A stretch of DNA of 64,000 nucleotides from the human T2T-CHM13v2.0 reference genome, Homo sapiens: the NCBI RefSeq assembly GCF_009914755.1, contig NC_060932.1; one strand, written 5' to 3'. The notes under the pieces are model-generated. The model did no database searches and was not told the origin of the DNA. It saw nothing but the letters and a program-made list of their open reading frames with translations. Numbering within the stretch: the first letter of the stretch is position 1; the number at the start of each line of letters is the position of its first letter. The translations under genes and the position numbers were made by a program. Below are positions 27,500 through 41,399 of this stretch, in pieces.

Positions 27500-29171
27500 C
27501 AAGTGTCATTCTAGGGAAAGAGACTTTTAAGAATGAATTTTCTGAGTTGGTTCTGAAGTATCTGGAATTGGCTCTTTAATCTGATTGGGTTTAAAGATGC
27601 CAATGACTCTATTTCTAATATTCCATGGTGTCTATATTCCATGGTGTGATCTGGCCATAGAGATATGCAGAATATCACCATTGGACACTCCTAATCAACC
27701 ACTTATAAGAAGCAAGGATCTGAGTACTATGTATATACATTTGAGCATTTTTGGCAAACTAATGAATATAATGAGATTGGCTGGCAGCTCCTAACTCACT
27801 GCACAAAGTGAGAAAATAAAAGGATGAGTTCAGGAATTCAAATTCCAAGCTCAAGGGCTACATAAATGACATGAAAGATTCTGGGCGTGCTATGAAGGAG
27901 CTCTTTTTTCCTGTAGCCATAAGGCTGAGATTGTTAAAAATCAGGTGCAGAATACCACTCTGCGACTGGCTGAATCAAAATGCAACTTGAACTCCCAGCC
28001 TGTTGAACTATCTGCTACAGTGAGGGCATTGATTGGTAAGGAATGGGATCTTGAAAGTCAGAATGGGAACGACCCTGTGGGAAGACCCTGATGAGTATGG
28101 GCACAATGAGCCAGTAAATTGGAATGACTCATTTTTGCCAGTAGAGGAGGCTTCTCCATTTTCAGTGGAGAGTAGGAGCAGCGCTCCATTTTCAGGGCTT
28201 CAGTGGGAGCAGCCTCCCCACCTGCAATGATAGTAGTCTCCTCGCCCTTTCACCCCTGTCTGAAGGACTTAACCTTACATTGCCTGAAAAACCTATAATG
28301 GCCTCCCCAAAGGCAGTTACTAGGCAAGGTAATGCCATTTCTCTCCAGAGCCATCCCCACCTCCGCTCCTTTCTTCCAGACCTATAACTAGACCCAAGTC
28401 CCAGAAGTCCCCTGAAGGTGAAGTACAAAGTATGACCCATGAGGAGGTGCACTACACTCCACAAGCACTTGAATTTTCTAATTTATACAAGCAGAATTCC
28501 GAGGAATATATATGTGAATGGATACTAAGAGTATGGATTAAGAATGAAAGGAAAATAAAAGTTGGATCAGGCCGAATTTATTGCTATGATCTCCCTAAGC
28601 TGAGATTCTATTAGGGAGGATTTTAATAATTTGTTTAATAGGATAATAATTTTTTGATAGGATAATTGAAACATGAACTTAAATGTGGCCTAATGTGACC
28701 AAGTTAGAAATGCTAGACTGGCCTTTGGAGGCTTCTATAGGTGAACCACAGCATGGGTCTTTATGATTTTGGAGAAAAGCCCAGCCATTCACTCAAGATA
28801 ACTATTTTCTTTTGAGAATCAGCTATTGGCCTACTACTGGATCTCAGAAAAGACTGAATGCTTAACCATTGGTCACCACGTTATTATGTGGCGTGAGCTG
28901 CCCATCATTAACTGGATGTTATCTGACTCACTAAGCCATAAAGTCGGGTGTGCACAGCAGTACTCCATCATCCAATAAATAAGTCATCAGGCCTCAGCAA
29001 GCCCTGAAGGCAAAAATAAGTCACATGAACTAGTGGCCCAAATTCCCATGGACCCCATTCCAGCTACCATGGCTTCTCCCTCCCAGCATATTCATATGGC
29101 TCCTGCCAAGTTCACTGTGATCAGTTGGCAGGGAAAGAGAAGTCTCTAACCTGGTGTGCAGATGATTCTGA
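27500..29171 (+). mobile_element. ERVL internal remnant: gag region joined by deletion to the pol tether/RNase H region
   Basis: gtgagggcattgattggtaaggaatgggatc (VRALIGKEWD, ERVL gag). After ~28725 the sequence is pol-like and ends at a degenerate WFTDGS (tggtgtgcagatgattct). Confidence 0.8.
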
Positions 29172-30175
29172 TGTTGTTGGGTGAAGTGTTCAGTATATGT
29201 TTATTAAGTCACATTGGTGTAGAGTGTTGTTCAGCCCCTTTGTTTTCTTATTGATTCTCTGTCTCACTGACCTACCACTACTAAAAAGGCAATTTTTTAG
29301 GTCTTTTACTATTATTGTGTTAATATCTATTTCTAACATAAATTCTGTCAAGGTTTTATTCATATATTTGAGTGCTCTAATGTTAGCTGCCTATATATTT
29401 ATAATTATTACATCACATCTTCCTGGTGAATTGACCCTTTTATCGTTACATCATGTCCTACTTCGTGTCTTCTGACCATTTTTAACTTAAAATCAATTTT
29501 TTGTAAGTATAGCTACCCCTGCTCCCTTTGGCTACCATTTGTCTAGAGTATCTTTTCCTATTTTTTTACTGTCAGGCTTATATCAAAAAATAAATCTCCT
29601 GTAGACGGCATGTAGTTGGATCTTGTTTTTTAATCCATTCAGCCACTCTGTCTTTTGATTAGAGAGTTTAATCCACTTACATTTACAGTAATTACTAATA
29701 GGAAAGAACTTACCATTGCCATTTCGTTATTGTTTTTGCGTGTCTTATAGTTATTTCATTACTTTTTATTTCTCAACTCTTTTCATTTTTCATCCTTTTT
29801 ATTTTTCATCCTTTTTTATTTTTCATTTATAGTTATCTTATCCCATGTCAGCTTTTCCTCTCTAGCTGCTTTCATTTGTGTTTCATTGATCTTTCTCTGT
29901 GTGTGTGTGTGTGGTGGCATGCTTTGATTCCTTTGCCATTTTATTTTATGCATCTTCTATAGTTATTTTTTTTCGGGTTACCATGGATCTAACATAAAAT
30001 ATCTTATATAATATATTTTAAATTGATAACAACTTAACTTCAATTACTTACAAAACCTACTCCTTTACATCTCTTCCTGTTTCTTGTCCCCATGTACATA
30101 CCATATATTGTTACGCTAGTGTCTCTGTGGTAGAAGAAGTTCTGGTATTTCCTATTCTGCCATCTTCCTGATACT
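29172..30175 (-). mobile_element. Old L1M fragment (ORF2 endonuclease-proximal region)
   Basis: tgaattgacccttttatc, agtatagctacccctgctccctttgg and ttttaatccattcagccactctgtcttttgatt are typical antisense L1M motifs. Confidence 0.8.
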
Positions 30176-31217
30176 TTGCATCTTTCTTTATTTAAAATGG
30201 GCAAATATGCATTTTAATTATTACTTCCTATTATGTATAAGTCACATACTCAAGAGATGGTCATAATTTAACTTTATATAATTTTATTAAATGTCTGCTG
30301 TGTGTCAAGCTCATTGAGAAGCTCTGGGGATTCCAAGAAATGAAAGATACAGCTCTGACATTATGTAACAGGATGGGATGACAAATAGGAAGAAAAAATC
30401 ATTAAAATCCAGTGTAAGGATTTCAATAATGAAACTCAGTACGCAGTGCAGTCTGAATAGTTGTTTGTCTCTGTGGAGTCAGATAGTATATCGCAAGAAA
30501 CTGCATGCCGGGTTGAATTTTAGGAAGTAGACTGGATTTCGTATACAAAAAATAACCTCACCATTTTGAACTGAAGAGTTTCCAAGAGACAGTTGGTAAA
30601 CAAAACACCTGCTTTAGAAGTTATCAGTGTTATACTGAAAAATATTTTCTGTGTCTCTCCATCTGTCCAAGCAGTATAACTAAATTTAAACATTTAGCTA
30701 TTCCTTATGTATATAACTGCATTTTACCCACTGACTAAAGAAATTATCTACAGAGAACAGAGGGAGGCAAAAATCACCAATGTAAGTAAAAATTTTTCCA
30801 TGTGTTAATTACAAATCATTCCAATGTAGCACTTGGTAAATTCTGTTTTGTAAAGTTTTAATTTTTGTTTATTTGCTTCATAAAGATAAACAAATTGTAA
30901 TTCTTTTTGGTTAGTGATTATTAAACTCCCAGATCCTCTTATTTAAGGAACGCAAGTATGTTTTCACCAAATACAGAAGTTAATTTAATGTTATGAGCTC
31001 AAATATGGTAGGTCACTGTTTAAATTGTTGAGTAAATCTCACTTGTTAAGTCTAGTGATCAGGATTTTTTCAAACAGCTCTCCATATTAATTTTTCAAGT
31101 GTGACAAGAGAATTCTAAATTAATTCTTGGTGATGTGTAAGATTGTATAATGTTACCATGTGATTAAATGGATATACATACCTTTGTAAAAGTTTATTAA
31201 GTAGTAAAAAATGTACA

Positions 31218-31330
31218 GTATGTGCCTCAGTTTCCTCAACCTCACAATAGATAACTATTTTTCAGGATTGTTCTGATGACAGGGAAACAGTAGATGGGAA
31301 ACTCATTTAAGAAGTGCAGAGTTTAATCTC
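31218..31330 (+). mobile_element. MIR fragment
   Basis: tgtgcctcagtttcctca core. Confidence 0.6.
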
Positions 31331-33382
31331 ACATGACAGCTTATACTTTTCATTATGGTTAAATGTATATTGGAAGATATATTTGAAGATATCAATATAC
31401 TTGCAGCTAAATATTATTTTTTCTCTAAAGTGAGATGTTCTTAATTCCATATCTGTTCATGGTGACAATAACTGTGAAGTCACCTGGGCTATGTTAAGGC
31501 TGACTCCACACCTGTTCGCATGCCTTAGCATTGTTTGATCACCAGGCCCTTTTGTCCAAGGCTCCCACCAACACCTTTACTCCACTGTGAATCCTCGTTC
31601 CTGGGCCATTACAGGAATCATCTCACTCCTCTTACAGATTCTAGTCCTGGGATCTCTGATGTAGCCTACACAATTTTTTTTTATGGATTTAAATTTATCT
31701 TCCCCAAAATTCATATGTTGAAGCTATGTATTAGTGTTGAAATGCTTAGCTTGTTAGAAGACCTATTTTGATGGTGAAGGACCCTGAACAAAACACATAG
31801 CCAATGGCATTCTGCCACAATTTTCACTGTCTTTTAGGTGTTTGTGACCTCTCTGTTTGCTGTTAAAATCTTAAATTCCCTTTAGGCAAATCTTCCTGGT
31901 GAATTGACCCTTTTAGCCTTGCTAATAGTGTGATCAATTGTAGTTTCCTTAATATGTAAACATCCAATTAGTTAAAATATCAAGGTTGCTATTTTTGGAG
32001 TCCTGGAAGAAAGAGCATAATAACTAAGTAAATTCTGTTTAATAAAACTATATAGGCACTTTCGAATTTAGTCAATATCATTCCTGTTACTATTTTGTGA
32101 GGTCCAGAGAATAATCTCCCTTGCAGGTTGTAATGCATGGTACATTTTTATATGGGCAGCTCAACTGTTGTAAGGCGCACAAAAGATCTTCATTTTCTGT
32201 CCTTTCTGTTTTCAGCCTCTTCCCAGACCAGGTACCCAGTTCATAGGGACAATTGGGACTGTAGTAATTAGTTAGCTTGGTGGTCTTTAAACTTTGCTCC
32301 GCAGAGCTCCAGGCTTCAAGAAGAGTGGCCTAATTTTCACTGGAAAATAAAGTGAACTTAAGAAACCTCAGCCTTTTTTCATGCCCAAATCAATGTGAAC
32401 TGCTCAGCATTTATGTGTTTTTCATATTTGGCTTCTACACAGCATTTAGATGAAACAAGGCATCTCATAGCTAAATAAATAAATAAAATTCCCTAGGCAA
32501 TTTGATCCTTTTTTTTAGATCAAATTGGAAGTTGGAAAACTGTTTTAAGTTGGAAACTTGTTTTCACATAAATAAAAATGTTTTCATCGTGAAGAAAGAA
32601 GGTCACAAACTCACTACCTCAGGCACTGGGAAGTAAAATTAAAAAGTGAAGGTGTAATGTGTCCTGGATAAGGAAGAACTTGCTATCCATTAATTGCAGA
32701 GTGAATGTCTGCCAGAGTAACATTTAAACAACATGTGTCTGCAGGCTAGATTTGGTCCTTGGTTTGCTGTTGGGGATCTCTCCTGTAGAAGATTCTTGAA
32801 CATGCAGGGCAAAATAGTGTGTTTTTAAACAACATCATATCTGAAACTCTATGCATGCTCCTTATAAAATGAGATGTTTGCATTACTGACTTTTGTGGAC
32901 ATAGAGCCTTGAATCTATACTCTAATGTCATCAGATGGCCTTCAGGCACATGGTTGGGCACATTAGATTCTGGTGGATCTGGCTGGTGTGCTGGGGCAAT
33001 GGGACATGCACAGGAGGACCTGGGGGACAAGCTCCAGAACTCTACAGAGAGCCAAGAGTTTGTACATGGAACAGATACGACTTACAGAGGAGCCAAGCAG
33101 AAGAGACAGTGATTCAGAAGGGCTAAGGTAAAGAATCAAGGGCATGGCAGCTGTGGGAGGGGTGCTGAGCAATTGTGAGCATGAGTGTGAATGAGGTGAG
33201 AGTAGATACTCCAGGCAGAGGGAAATGTTTAGGCTGAATCACTTAAAAAACATGTAGTGTCAACTTTACAATCCTAGCCTGTGCTTGTTTGGGGATATTA
33301 TTCCCATGTAAAAGGAGTCAGGATAAGATAAGTCACAAAATCCTCTGATAATACGATGAACATTTGGAATTTTATATTACTA

Positions 33383-33903
33383 TGTGGGGAAAAATAGTAA
33401 CCCTATAGGTCCTTGGTTGGAATTGACCCCCATAACAAAAGACAGATTAACAAGAGAAAAACAAACAGAAGTTTATTACATGTATGTTTTATATATGCAT
33501 GGGAGGCACCCAGGGAAGGAGTAGCTCTGCAAGGGGAGACTTTGAGCTCCAGGTTATATAGCAACTTTACGAAGAACAGTACATTTTTAGAGAAGTGACA
33601 AGAAAAAGGAAAAGGACTTTGAATCTCTATAGATGGCAATTCAGGGGAAAGGCAAATAAATGGTGAAGGCCGGTTAGTAAAGGTGTTATCTCCAGGCTGA
33701 AAGTCTAAAGATATTTCCAGTGGGTAAACTTTGTTCTCACTGGTAGAAGGAGAAGGCAGGGTATCTTTTGTCTTTGTAAATTTACATCCTACTTTTAGGC
33801 AAATAGAGGGAGAAAAAAGAGCTTTCCTGCGTCTGCTGCACCATAATTGTCTTCAGCTCAACAAACCTTCCTATTTGGGGGCAACATATTCTGATTTCCA
33901 ACA
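33383..33903 (-). mobile_element. MER67-like ERV1 solo LTR
   Basis: TG...CA termini, aaaagacagattaacaagagaaaa and tgtcttcagctcaa motifs, 4-bp TSD acta/actg. Confidence 0.75.
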
Positions 33904-34398
33904 ACTGTAACTATACAGATTATACACATCCTCCACTTCATATTTATAACAAAATTGGCAATTACTAAAACTTGAACCAGACTCTTGCTATTCAGATTTG
34001 AGGTTTACATGTCCCAGAATGGGTAAAATATTTTCATATCATCTTACTGAGGTTTTCTTTGCAGCAGTAGTATTTTTCACTTGCATAATGATAATAATTT
34101 TGTGAAAAAAAATATTACATCTGCCTATTACCTCATCCTTGAGGAAAAGTCAGTGATGTATCATTGGATAGGAAAAGGGTATTGAGACTCAGATCGTTTA
34201 AGCAAATGATTCAGCAAGTAAGTAACCCAGCCAATGGTGAAGCCTCCTGACTTGCAGCCTGACACTTACCATACTGTGTCGTCCACTTTCAGAGTCTTCA
34301 TCAAATTGTATATATTTTTTGCCTGCTTCCATGAATCCCAGGACTTCATTTTAATCTATTTCAGAAGTAGATTAAATATATAATATTATATATTTAAT

Positions 34399-34407
<9 letters not shown>

Positions 34408-34458
<51 letters not shown>
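34408..34458. repeat. Compound (TA)n(GA)n microsatellite
   Basis: Direct reading. Confidence 0.95.
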
Positions 34459-35604
34459 ATAGTGCTTCCCCAAGGGTTTGAAAACAATATTACCTTGCCC
34501 TGAAGCTCTCCTCATCTTCACCTTCTTTTGTCAGTTACACACTTTGATCAGTTGTCTTGTGCTCTTTACATGCTGCATTTAGAACTTCTTTTATCCTCAA
34601 GCCTGAAAGCTAAAACTTCTGGAAGGTCAAAAGGAAGCAGTGAAGGATTCAACCTGGCCTGAGTGTTCCCAGACTCCGGCTCCTGCCTGGGCATCATGAG
34701 CCCAGGCTCACAATGGGTCGGCTTTCTGAGTCAGCTTCATAAAATAATAAGCACATAGAAAGGAGGCTGCTCTTGGGGAATTCGGGAGGTGTGTATTTGA
34801 GGAGGGTGAGAAGGACAATTGAGGTGAAATTTTGATGTAAGTGAGTTTGGCTGAATTTTTGAAATGGTAAAATCTAGGCACTCAAAAGCCTGCACCTTCA
34901 TAAATTAAACTTTAGGAAAGGAAGAAAAAAAATGGAATGTGTAGGGACATGAATATTTATACCCATTTATATATCCTTTGTTGGCTTATTTCTGTGCACA
35001 TGGGAAAGTTTAACAACTTCGTACATAATTTCAAGTACTTTATTCATTTTTTAGATTTGAAGGAGGAGAACAATTTTGCAAAATAGGGTATTCTTCAGTT
35101 TTTTGGAAAACGTCTTATGTCTCTTAAAACATCTCATTTGTTTTTTTTCTAATTCACTCTTCACTGTGTTTGCAGTACTTTTCTGGAAATGTATTCATGA
35201 ATTTTCAGAATTTTTTCTCCTCTAAGTGAAGAATCAATGGTTGAAAAGACTTTTTTTATAGCATATTATCAAATTTGCATAATTAAAAATAAATATACAC
35301 ACAAAAATGTCAAAAATCTAGCTAAATTGATTGGTTAAAAGCAATTTTATCATATAAAGCAAAATCACCTAAAGAATTGACATAATTGCCTAATATTAAT
35401 TTAAGAATTATAAAATCAACTTAGACATTTGAAGCCCACATAAAATATCAAAATGTCCATGAGACTGCAGTTATTTTGATTTTTAAAAAAATTGATTTTG
35501 GAATGTTCCTCAGGGGTGAACAGAAAATTTCAAAACTTCATGACAACTTTGTGAAAAAGCAGAGTAGGTATAACTGGTCAAAACTGAGTTAATATCAATA
35601 ATAA

Positions 35605-37334
35605 TGCTATGGGATGCTTGAGGTGTCGCTTTTCCGGATGGAAACCTCTGTGGCTGGTGGCACCTTTGCCCGAGTTTTGCTCAGGTCCACTGGGCTCGTT
35701 CCGCCCACTCGGCCTGGCAGGCTGTGCTTGGCTCATGCTACCAGCCTGGATCTCATGCCTGCCAGGGCAAGTCATGCATGAAGTGGCAAGGGGTGTGTGA
35801 GTGAGCACGGGGTTCGGCCACTGCACGATCAGACACACCAACTGCTGCAGTGGGGAGGGTGGCTCCAGGTGCTGGCATGAGCAACAGCTCTCTGTGAGGC
35901 TGTGTCTTGTCCAGGTGCACTTCAAGCAGCTCCCACAGGTGGCATTGCAGAACACAGTGGCACCCAGAAGTTTGGAGATGCCAGGAACCACAGGGCCCCA
36001 AAGATGGTGTCACAGCCCTGGCTCAGGGAGTTCACAGATCTGGGAATACTGAAGGGCCACAGCTCTTCCCTCCTTCTCTTCGCCTGCAACATGATGAGCA
36101 AGGGGCATGTTTCAGCCCTGCTGGTGTTACAGCTGTTTTAGCCCTGCCAGTTGATAGATCCTGAGTTCTTGTGCTGTGACCAGGAAAAATGAGGTGTGCA
36201 GACAAGTGGAGGGTGAGCAAGACAAAGAGGAGCTTTATTGATAGATAGGACAGCTCAGAGGAAAGCCACAGCAGGTAGCTCCTTTCTTCAGGCCGGATAT
36301 CCCAATGAGTGTTCAGCTCTTAGCAGAGAAGGTAGCTCCTCTCTGCTAGGCAAATCATCCTGATGAGTGCTCAGCTCTCAGCAGAGAGGGTAGCTCCTCT
36401 CTGCAGACAGGTTGTCCCAAGAAGTGTTCAGTTCTCAGCAGAGAGGGTAGCTCCTCTCTGCAGCTGGTCATCCTGGCACCTGCTCAGCTTTGGCTGATCC
36501 TAGGGCTTTTACGGGCCTCAGAGGGGAGAAAGGGCATGTGATTAGTCCATGGGAGCCATAGGTAGGCCCAGAAAAGGCACCACAAGCTCCCACTCTGGTC
36601 AGCAGGACTGACAGCCTGTCCCCCAGCCTTCAGGCCCTCCCTGCCCTGAAGGTGGAGCCTTACCAGGGTCTTGCCCCCTTTCACCCAGGAACCTGTCTGC
36701 ATTCTGCAGCTGTTCATGGAGCCCAGGCTGTAGGTACCAAGGGGCACCTGCAGGCTAGTGAAGAACTGCCCTCAACCCCACCTCAGCTTCCCTTCTGTGC
36801 TAGTTGGTGCCCCAAGTCTGGAGGCAGCTGAAGTGGCAAAGGGCTGGTGTGGCAGCGTTGCCTTGAGCATGTGAACAGCTGGGTGGGCTTCGACGGCATC
36901 TGGGCTTGGCCCCAACTTTGCTCCGAGATCAGAGTAAGTGCTCACAGCAGGGAGTAGCCAGGCAGCAGGAGTAGGCACTTCCTAGCCTATGAAAGCAGGG
37001 GGGGCCTTCATGGGCCCCCAGAGATGCCTTGGTTTACAGCCACAGCCATGGCTTCACAGCTGCAGTTGGGCAGCTGCAGTTGTGCCGATGGGGGGTCAGG
37101 GGCAGGGCTCCCTCCTGCTCCAGGGCCCAGGAGCACAGGGATGTCTGGATCCACAGCTATGCATTGGGTGACTGCAGCAGCATCTGGGGAGCTCCCACCC
37201 CAACTTTGAAGGGGCAGAGCTCCCACTTTTTCCTGGCTCCCACCACTCCATGGAGCATGCAGCCATGGCTGCACCTCTCTTCTGCAGCTGACCTGATGGC
37301 AACTGCCGCTCCAGACAGCCTGCTGCTGCCAACA
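35605..37334 (-). mobile_element. MER52 (A/C-like) ERV1 solo LTR with internal ~58-bp tandem repeats at ~36270-36490
   Basis: Reverse strand starts tgttggcagcagcagggctgtctggagcggcagttgccatca. GC-rich, ggtagctcct repeated 4 times, TSD ataa/gtaa. Confidence 0.88.
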
Positions 37335-37489
37335 GTAATAATAATAAATGTTAAAAGTGCATAAAACATCTCAGTAATCCCAAGGACTACAGAAACTCTC
37401 TTAAAAGGACTCTTTCACACAGGTGAAAGTTACAAGGTGCAAGAGCAACTTCGGAAAATGCCTGGCGGCCATCCCTGTTCTCCAGCATG

Positions 37490-37835
37490 TGTTAGCTGGT
37501 CACAGGGCTGCCCCCTTAAACACCACATTTCCCAGTCCCAGCATGGCTAGATGTGATCTTGTAATGAGAGAATGGAATGTGAATGGGCTTGATGTGTCCA
37601 GCTCCCATTTTCTGCCTGGCAGGAGCTTGGACATGAGGGCAGCAATGAACTCTTGTCAGAGCACACATGCTGAGGATGGCAGAGAAATTGGAGGGATGGA
37701 GAGTGGGTCCCACAGATTTTGAAATCACCTCGGGACGTTTACGTTTGGACTCTTACAAGAGAAGCAAACTGCTCTCTGAGTTATGCCACTATTATATTGA
37801 TTTTTTAAAAGAAACCAGTATCCTAACTAACATAA
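37490..37835 (+). mobile_element. Old ERVL/MaLR-class LTR fragment (LTR16/LTR33/MLT1-like)
   Basis: catgctgaggatggcagaga...tggactctta...tcctaactaacata pattern. Confidence 0.45.
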
Positions 37836-39188
37836 AAAGGTTAAAGATGCTTAAATAGTTGCCTCCAAGGTACATATTGTTAAATGAACAAAAAATTCAC
37901 ACAAAATGAAACTCAAGTGACTGTAACCATTGTTTTAAATCCTATTGTTGTAACTGAGTTTGGAGAGAGGACCAATTAATATTTTTCCAACAGTCAAGGC
38001 ATAACCTGAAGATGTGAATGTGTGTGGAGAGGGTACACACTGGGTTTCAGTTTGGGACACACAAAGAGATAGGAGATAAATTTTGCATATTTCATTATTT
38101 TGCCTAGAGCAAACTCTATAAATAGATAACATTTTTCTCTTCAGTAAACTGAACTGTCAGAGTAAGCAGAACATTATAGAGACTTTTTAACACTCATCAA
38201 GTAAAGCATTATGGAAATTATCAAAATCATTTAAATCCAAAATATTTTTGCACCAATACTTCCTATTCTGTTTTACATAACTACTTAGCTCTCCATGGGT
38301 GCAGCTGGAGAGGTGCATATCTTTATCAGTCTCCTGGGCAATGGAGCATTTGAAGGGAAGCAGTCTTATGTTTTATATTCAGCATGCATAAATTTGGCTG
38401 TGTTTGTCTCATTTTATTTTCCAGGTTTTGGTTGCAAAGATGAAGTTTAATCAACAGCTATTGTTGCTGTTCTTATCATAATTGATGATAATAATTCTTT
38501 TTAATTTCTGAGTGTTAGATTTAATCATAATAGGCAAGATCTCTAGACAGAGGCCACATCTGATGATGTGACAGTCAGGAAATGTTCAGCTTCACTTTCA
38601 CTTTTCTTGGTCAGGAACCAGGCTGTTACCATTGTTTGTTAGGTCAGTGATGTAATAATAGTCTAGACAGGCTTCCTTAGGCTAGAGCTTTCCATGCTTT
38701 GTGGCTTATCACTGAGCTGTCCATGGAGATTCTACATGGATCAAAGATGAGGTAGGGGACATTCATATATTGTCATTTTTTAAACATTAAAGATGATTTC
38801 ATCACATTATATGCATTGCAGTTCTCATCTCCATATTTTAGGTAATAAAGTTTACTGATGAAATTTTAAAAATTATTTTCATAGGGGCTTTTTTTTTGCC
38901 CCTAGAAAAACTTATGCTAGATAATGATTAACCAATAAACTTATTTTTCTTTTATCCATGGATACAGAAAAGAAGACATTTATAAACTATGTAATTGTTC
39001 CTGCATCATATTTTAGTACAAATCAATTACTTTTAAAAAATCATATACAGAAAGCATTAAAAATTTCATATCTGAATAAGAAAAAAAGTAATATGGGAAG
39101 ATGAATGTGTCTCCAGAGAAAAATAAGTTTTGTTGTTGGAAAAAAAATCTAAAGTTTACATTTTAAATAACAGAATTAGTTAACCTAT

Positions 39189-39228
39189 TGTATTAGTCAG
39201 GGTTCTCTAGAGGGACAGAACTAATAGG

Positions 39229-39274
<46 letters not shown>

Positions 39275-39925
39275 CTCCTATTAGTTATATATATATATCC
39301 TATTAGTTATATATATATATATCCTATTAGTTATATATATATATAGGATATATATATCCTATTAGTTATATATATATATAGGATATATATATCCTATTAG
39401 TTATATATATATAGGATATATATATCCTATTAGTTATATATATAGGATATATATATATATCCTATTAGTTCTGTAGCTATATATATAACATATATATATA
39501 TATTATATATATATATTTTATATATATATATATATGAAGGGGAGTTTATTAAGTATTAACTCACACAATCATAACGTCCCACAATAGGCTGTCTGCAAAC
39601 TGAGGATTAAAGAAACCAGTCTGAGTCCCAAAAACTGAAGAACCTGGAGTCTGATGTCTGAGGGCAGGAAGCATCCAGCACAGGAGAAAGATGTAAGCTG
39701 GGGGGCTAGGCCGGTCTCGTCTTTTCACATTTCTCTGCCTCCTTTTTATATTCTAGCCATGCTGGCAGCTGATCAGATGGTGCCCACCCAGATTAAGGGT
39801 GGTTCTGACTTTCCCAGCCCAGTGATTCAAATGTTAATCTTGGCAAAATCCTCACAGATGCACCCAGGATCAATACTTTGTATCCCTCAATCCAATAAAG
39901 TTGATACTGAGTATTAACCATCATA
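39189..39925 (-). mobile_element. MLT2A (HERVL) solo LTR with expanded internal simple repeat
   Basis: tgtattagtcagggttctctagagggacagaactaatagg...gcccacccagattaagggtgg...tattaaccatcata, 5-bp TSD cctat/tctat. Confidence 0.92.
39229..39535. repeat. (TG)n/(TA)n tract with 7 copies of CCTATTAGTT
   Basis: Copies at 39277, 39299, 39323, 39358, 39393, 39426 and 39461. Confidence 0.92.
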
Positions 39926-41399
39926 TCTATGTTACTAATAAACCAGCTACAAATGAAGTGTTTTCCTTATAGTTTTTATAGTATAACATAGAAATATCTA
40001 GTATATATTATATTCTGGAACTTATCATGTTATTAAATGGCTGGCACTTGTTAGTTGTGTTTAAAGGATTTTCAGGAATATCTAGAAATATGCGCTACTA
40101 GAGTTATTTGGATACAAGAGACGAAATCCAAATATGACTAGCTCAAACTATAAAATAATTTTTTGGAAAAATATGGACTGTTTCACCAAAGTGAAGAAGC
40201 AACTGACCAACTAGGCTTTGGAAAGAGCAGGAAGTAGGGTAGCTCACAGAATCCAGATAATGGGACTGATTGACAGTATTTTTTTCTAGATAATATCATC
40301 AAAATAAACTACTTTCAATATTTCAATTTTTTTAAAAAAGAAATATGCTCTTTTAGTCAATTATTATCACAAAATATTACACAATAAAACAATAAAATCT
40401 CAGTGGCATACACAACTGTATCAGTCAGGATTCTCCGGACCAGCTGAAGCAGTAGAATATCTATGTATGTGTACACATATTTTAAGAGACCCATTTAAAG
40501 AAATTGGCTCATGCAATTGTGTGGGCTGGCAAGTCCAAATTCTGTAGGGTAGGCTGGCAGAATGGAAACTCTTGGGCAGGAGTTGGTGCTGCCTACTCGA
40601 AACAGAATTTCTTTATCAGAGAAACCTCAATGTTTGCTTTTAGGGCCTTTCAGTGATTGCATGAGGACCACCCACATTATTGGGAATAATCTCCTATACT
40701 TAAAGCCAACTGATTTCAGATGTTAACCACATTAAAATACCTCCACAGCAACACTTAGATTAATGCGCAATTAAATAATTGGGCACCATAACCTATTCAA
40801 GTTGACACATAAAAGTAACCATCACAGCTCACCCTTTGTCAACGTAACATTCATATATATCCCCTTAAACCTACTTTAGCTCCAAATAAAAACCATCACA
40901 AAGTCATCCTTCTAACGAATATGATACAACAGTCCTTTGTATAATCAAAAACACACTAATTATTTCCCTAGAAGGGGATACAAAGGCCTTGAGTAATCTC
41001 CTTGATATGCTGTAATTTAAATGCTGTGATGTAAAATTAACTATTATTAATAAATCTTATGTTACATGATAAGGGAATAAAGAAGGGAAGAAAACAAAGA
41101 TAATTGACATATATTATACATATGTGTATACACACATATATATGTTTGTAAGTGTACATGCACATACAGTCAAGTTTATAACAAAATGAGAAAGAAATAA
41201 CAATTACAGTCCTCATTTTTGCAGCTGATCATGTGGTGGTAGTTGGTAGTAATAACCGCCTTTTTCCACTACCCATTCCTTATTCCTTGTGTCCTCAGCA
41301 AACACCTCAGCTGGTCATAGTTCTTCACCTGGTAAGGTAACCCAAATCTTCATTCCTGAAGTGTCTGGGCCATTAATAGTCCCTGCCTGAACGGGGTTA

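Noticed and set aside
35578-37369. Dense overlapping ORFs and high GC suggesting a gene or CpG-island promoter
   Set aside because: Explained by the GC-rich, CpG-depleted MER52 LTR
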